A stretch of 64,000 nt of DNA, from positions 12,834,001 to 12,898,000 of the forward strand of contig NC_086109.1 of assembly GCF_963921235.1 (NCBI RefSeq), read 5' to 3'. Below are positions 59,910 to 64,000 of the stretch, piece by piece; position 1 is the first letter of the stretch, and each line of letters begins with the position of its first letter. Below the pieces are notes generated by a model. It was not told the DNA's origin, searched no databases, and saw nothing but the letters and a program-made list of their open reading frames with translations. A program made the translations under genes and the position numbers. The DNA is from Mobula hypostoma. Taxonomy: Eukaryota.

Positions 59910-60148
59910 CTGCAGATCCTGGAAATACAGAGCAACTCATTCAAAATGCTGGAGGAACTTGGCTGGTTAGGCAGCATCTATGGAAAAAAATACAGTCGAC
60001 ATTTTGGGCCAAGACCTTTTGGCAGGAAGACTTTTGCCAAATGGTCTCGGCCCGAAATGTTGATTGTACTTTTTTCCAGAGATGTTGCCTGGCATGCTGA
60101 GTTCCTCCAGCATTTTGTGTGTATTGCTTGTACTTCCAACATCTGCAG
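59910..60148. repeat. About 240-bp fold-back of two inverted Penelope-type terminal repeats
   Basis: CTGCAGAT...AAAATGCTGGAGGAAC...GTCGAC arm with its reverse complement ...GTTCCTCCAGCATTTT...ATCTGCAG, and almost no spacer. Confidence 0.8.
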
Positions 60149-60413
60149 ACCTTCTTTAGTTTGTGGTTTGACTGAATTATCACCAAGGAAGATCCAGAAT
60201 GATCTACAAATCTTGGAGTGCACGTCCATATCTCCATGAAGGTGTCAAAAGGGACAGACGTAATGTCAATGGGAAAACAGGCTTCAGTCTGGACATTAAA
60301 TAAAAATGTCAGGAAGGTGTGTAGCGGCTGTATAAAAGTTTGCAAGCTCCATGTTTGGAGAATGCGTGTAGTTCTGGTTACTGCAAAACAGGAAGGATCT
60401 AGACCCTTTAGAG

Positions 60414-61565
60414 CAGGGGTAGGCAACCTACGGCCCGTGGGCCACATCCAGCCCACAAGCAAATATTGGGATACTATGCTTATCCGGCCTGCGAGCGATT
60501 TTTCACACGACCACACTGATGGACATGCATGGCATCTTGTTACACTGGCCCCAGGTTCCGTTTTGTTCCAAACCAAACACTGGTATATATGAATGTCAAG
60601 AAGGCAGACTACCTTATTAATATGTATGAGATACTCTCTGTGCACGCGCAGGTTTTCAGATGGGATCATTCAAATTTGTAAACAGAAACAGCGTCACTGT
60701 GTTTTAACAAGAAATCCATGCTAAATATCCAGATATATACATGTGATAGGATACCTGTTGAATAACTCGCGTTTCGAAATAAAATCAAAGAAAAAAATTC
60801 CAATGGCAATGAATGCAAAACGCAGGAAGGTAGACACTGAGTGCCAAAAAAGCAGTGAAAATGAAGGAAGTACCCGTGCCAGCTACGAAGCCTCAAAATG
60901 TATTGCAGAAAAGATGAAGCCTTTTACAGATGCAGAGTTTATCAAAGAATGTTTACTGGCAGTGGTGGATATTGTTTGTCCTGAAAAGAAATCTTTATTT
61001 GCATCTATCAGCCTGTCAGCAAGAACGATCACACGGCGAGTTGAAGAAATGTCAGCAGATGTTAAAAGTTGTTTAAGGGATGCCTGCGACTAATTGCATT
61101 TTTTTTTCAATTGCGCTGGATGAGAGCACAGACTTGAGAGACACTGCTCAACTTGCAATGTTTGTGCGAGGAGTGACCTCAACTTTTCAAATTTTTGAAG
61201 AGCTTATTCAATTAGTTCCTATGAAGAACACAGTTACTGGAGCAGACATTTTTGAAGCTTTGTTGAAAATGATGTCAGAAATGAAACTTAATGCATTGAA
61301 GCTAATTGGCATCACAACTGATGGGGCACCAGCAATGGTAGGACAGAAAAACTAAACCGAGTTCTTTGATTACTAATTGGCATCCTTGGTTAAGCACAAA
61401 TGATTTTCTAGCATGTGTTATTCATTAATTTGAGGCAAAACATAACTAGATGTATTTAAAAGGATAATTCCCATATTTCAAGTTTTTTATGGCATTTATC
61501 TGGCCCACCGTCCGCTCATTAATATGCGATCCTGCCCACGGAGGCAAATCGGTTGCCGACCCCTG
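60414..61565 (+). mobile_element. hAT (Charlie/OC1/SPIN-group, GTF2IRD2-like transposase) non-autonomous deletion derivative
   Basis: TIR CAGGGGTAGGCAACC / GGTTGCCGACCCCTG and a perfect 8-bp TSD CTTTAGAG (60406-60413, 61566-61573). The transposase piece 60803-61355 has KPFTDAEFIKEC, SIALDESTD and TTDGAPAM. Confidence 0.95.
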
Positions 61566-61714
61566 CTTTAGAGCATCTGAAGAAGAAGTTGTACTGCTTT
61601 TTTTCTGGATTAGAGCATATAAGCTCTATGGAGAGGATTGTTTTCTCTGGAGACTGAGGAGACATCAGACAGAAGTTTATGAAAATCTCTTCAAAATCCT
61701 TATAAAGTATAGTC

Positions 61715-62280
61715 CCTGTCTTGCCTTCTTTACAACTGAAGCAATATGGTGGGACCAGGTTAGAACTTCAGAGATCTTGACACCAAGGAATTTGAAGCTG
61801 CTCTCTCTCTCTCCACTTCTGATCCCTCTGAGGATTATTATGTGCTCCTTTGTCTTACACTTCCTGAAGTCCACAGTCAGCTCTTTCGTCTTCCTGACGT
61901 TGAGTGCCAGCTTGTTGCTGTGGCACCATTCCACTAGTTGGCATATCTCACTCCTGTACGCCCTCTCGTCACCGCCTGAGATTCTATCAACAATGGTTGT
62001 ATCGTCAACAAATTTGTAGATGGTATTTTGAGTTATGCCCAGTATACAGAGAGTAGAGCAGTGGGCTAAGCACACATCCATGAGGTGCGCCAGTTTTGTC
62101 GTCAGCCAGGAGGATATGTTATCACCAATCCACACAGACTGTGGTCTTCTGGTTAGGAAGTTGAGGTTCCAATTGTAGAGGGAGGTACAGAGGCCCAGGT
62201 TCTGCAACCTCTCAATCAGCAATGTGGGAATGATGGTGTTAAATGCTGAGCTGTAGTCGATGAACAGCATCCTGATGTAG
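61715..62280 (-). mobile_element. Rex1/Babar LINE RT fragment
   Basis: ORF 61677-62270: [24 protein letters not shown] and [14 protein letters not shown]. Confidence 0.85.
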
Positions 62281-62399
62281 TCGTACGTGCCTGGAATGTA
62301 CTGCTAGATTAGATAGTGGGAGAGGATGTAATAATGAAATTTAAGGGGCAATTTTCTGTGAATTCTAGAAACTGTTTTGTGTGCCAACTGCAAGAGTTC

Positions 62400-63160
62400 A
62401 GGAATTCCTGAGAAACTCAGACGGCCCCATCTGGCACCTGCAAACACTCTACAAAGTCACTTCGATCACAATTCTTCCGCATTCTGAGGTTTGTTCTGAA
62501 CAACAACTGAACTTCTTGACCATGTCGTTTCTCTTCCTCTCATTTGTTTCTCTTCCTCAAATAACTTTTTGCCATGAACATTTTACTCGATGACTCATCA
62601 TGGATGACATTTTAACTCGAGCAAGAAAAAAATTTTCTGGGGGAACTTAGAGATAGAGAACATCAGCTCATGTAGAGTGATCAACATTTTAGATTAAGCC
62701 CCTGCTTCATGACACCTCCAGCAATTTATTTTTGCTCCAGATCATAACATCTGCTGTTGCTAGTGTCTAACAATTTGATTTTTCTCATCATTCCTATCTG
62801 TCATTGGGAATTGTCTTTTATTTTGTTAAATATAATTAAGAGCTTTTGATATTCTGGCCTTTTACCTCTTCTCACCTGCCAATCACTTTCCCCTGGGTTC
62901 CCTCCTCTTTCCCTTCCTCTTTTGGTCCACACTCCACTGCGAATATATTCCTTCCTCACCAGCCCTCTACCTTACCTTTCCAGATGGCTTAACCTATCAC
63001 CTTCCATCCACTCACCCCAACTTTTTATTCTGATGTCTTCCCCCTTCATTTTCTGTCCTGATAAAGGGTCATATCCAAAATGTCGACTGTATATTAATTT
63101 CCATTGATGTTGCCTGACCTGCTGAGTTCCTCAAGAACTTTGTGTGTGCTGCTTTTCATA
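62400..63160 (+). repeat. Third paralogous receptor upstream block (copy of ~780-1543)
   Basis: Long collinear match including GATTAAGCCCCTGCTTCATGACACCTCCAGCAATTTATTTTTG and the hammerhead-relic repeat. It ends at GCTTTTCATA (63151-63160, equivalent to 1534-1543). Confidence 0.85.
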
Positions 63161-64000
63161 AGGCCGTAGGATGTAGGAGCTTTTGACCCATCAAGCCTGT
63201 TCCACCATTCAGTCATGGCTGATCCTTTGTTTTGCCCTCCTCAGCCCCACTCCCCGGCCTTCTCCCTATAACATTTGATACCATGGCCAATGAAGAATCT
63301 TTCAGTCTGCACCTTAAATACATCCAAAGGCCTGGTCTCTACAGCTGCCTGTGGTAACAAATTCCACAAATTTACCACCTTCTGGCCAGAGACATTTCTC
63401 CATATCTCTGTTCTAAATGGATACCCCTGAATCCTGAGGTTGTGCTGTCTTTTCCTAGACTCCCCTACCATGGGAAATATTCTTTCCACATCTACTTTGT
63501 CTTGGCCTTTCAACGTTTAATAGGTTTCAATGAGATACCCCTCATCCTTTGAAATTCCAGTGAGTAGAAGCCCAGAGCCATCAAATGTCCCTCATATGAT
63601 AACCCTTTCATTCCTAGAATCATTGTTATGAACCACCTCTGAACCCTCTACAATGCCAGCACATCTTTTCTCAGATAAGGAGCCTACAACTCTTCACAAT
63701 ACTCAAAGTGAGGCCTCACCAGTTCCTTATAAAGCCCTAGCATTGCATCCCTGCTCTTATATAATCACTTGAAATGAATGTTAACATTGCATTTGCCTTC
63801 CTCACCACTGGCTCAACCTGTAAGTAACCTATAGGATGTTCTGCGTAAGGACTACCAAGTCCCGTTGCATCCGATTTTTCGATTTTCTCCCCTTTTAGAA
63901 GACAGGCTTTACATTTATATCTACTACCAAAGTGCATGACCATGCATTTTCCAACAATGTATTTCATTTGCCACTTTCTTTCCATTTTCCTTATCTCTCT
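63158..64000 (-). mobile_element. CR1 LINE 3' portion (antisense), interrupting the third upstream block and running off the window
   Basis: Minus ORFs 63241-63513 and 63737-63985 are CR1 ORF2 C-terminus (GYPFRTEIWRN...VVNLWNLLP; KCMVMHFG). Confidence 0.85.

Overview
Vertebrate genomic DNA, most likely a cartilaginous fish (ray/shark). This is inferred from the repeat content (tRNA-derived HE1-like SINEs, CR1, Rex1/Babar, Penelope-like repeats) and the receptor type. No prokaryotic features or CRISPR arrays are present. The left half holds one multi-exon + strand gene (8848-31899) for a CD300/pIgR-like, MDIR-type Ig-superfamily receptor. Its exons are leader, V1, C2, V2, a pseudo-C2, stalk, uncharged TM and two cytoplasmic exons with three ITIM/ITSM-like tyrosine motifs. 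Skipping the pseudo-C2 gives a phase-consistent 1440-nt ORF (479 aa). Paralogous upstream/leader blocks at about 0.9-1.9 kb, 8.4-9.1 kb and 62.5-63.2 kb indicate a tandem immune-receptor cluster. The rest is mostly nested transposons: a full-length decayed L1, CR1 with an SGNH-esterase ORF1, RTE, Rex1/Babar, Penelope-like pieces with hammerhead-ribozyme relics, four Gypsy LTR elements, a Sola-like DNA transposon, a hAT/Charlie element and Tc1-type MITEs. One Gypsy copy has most of pol replaced by about 1 kb of unrelated host-like coding sequence, a candidate gene-capture event. All calls come from manual reading and motif recognition; no database searches were run.
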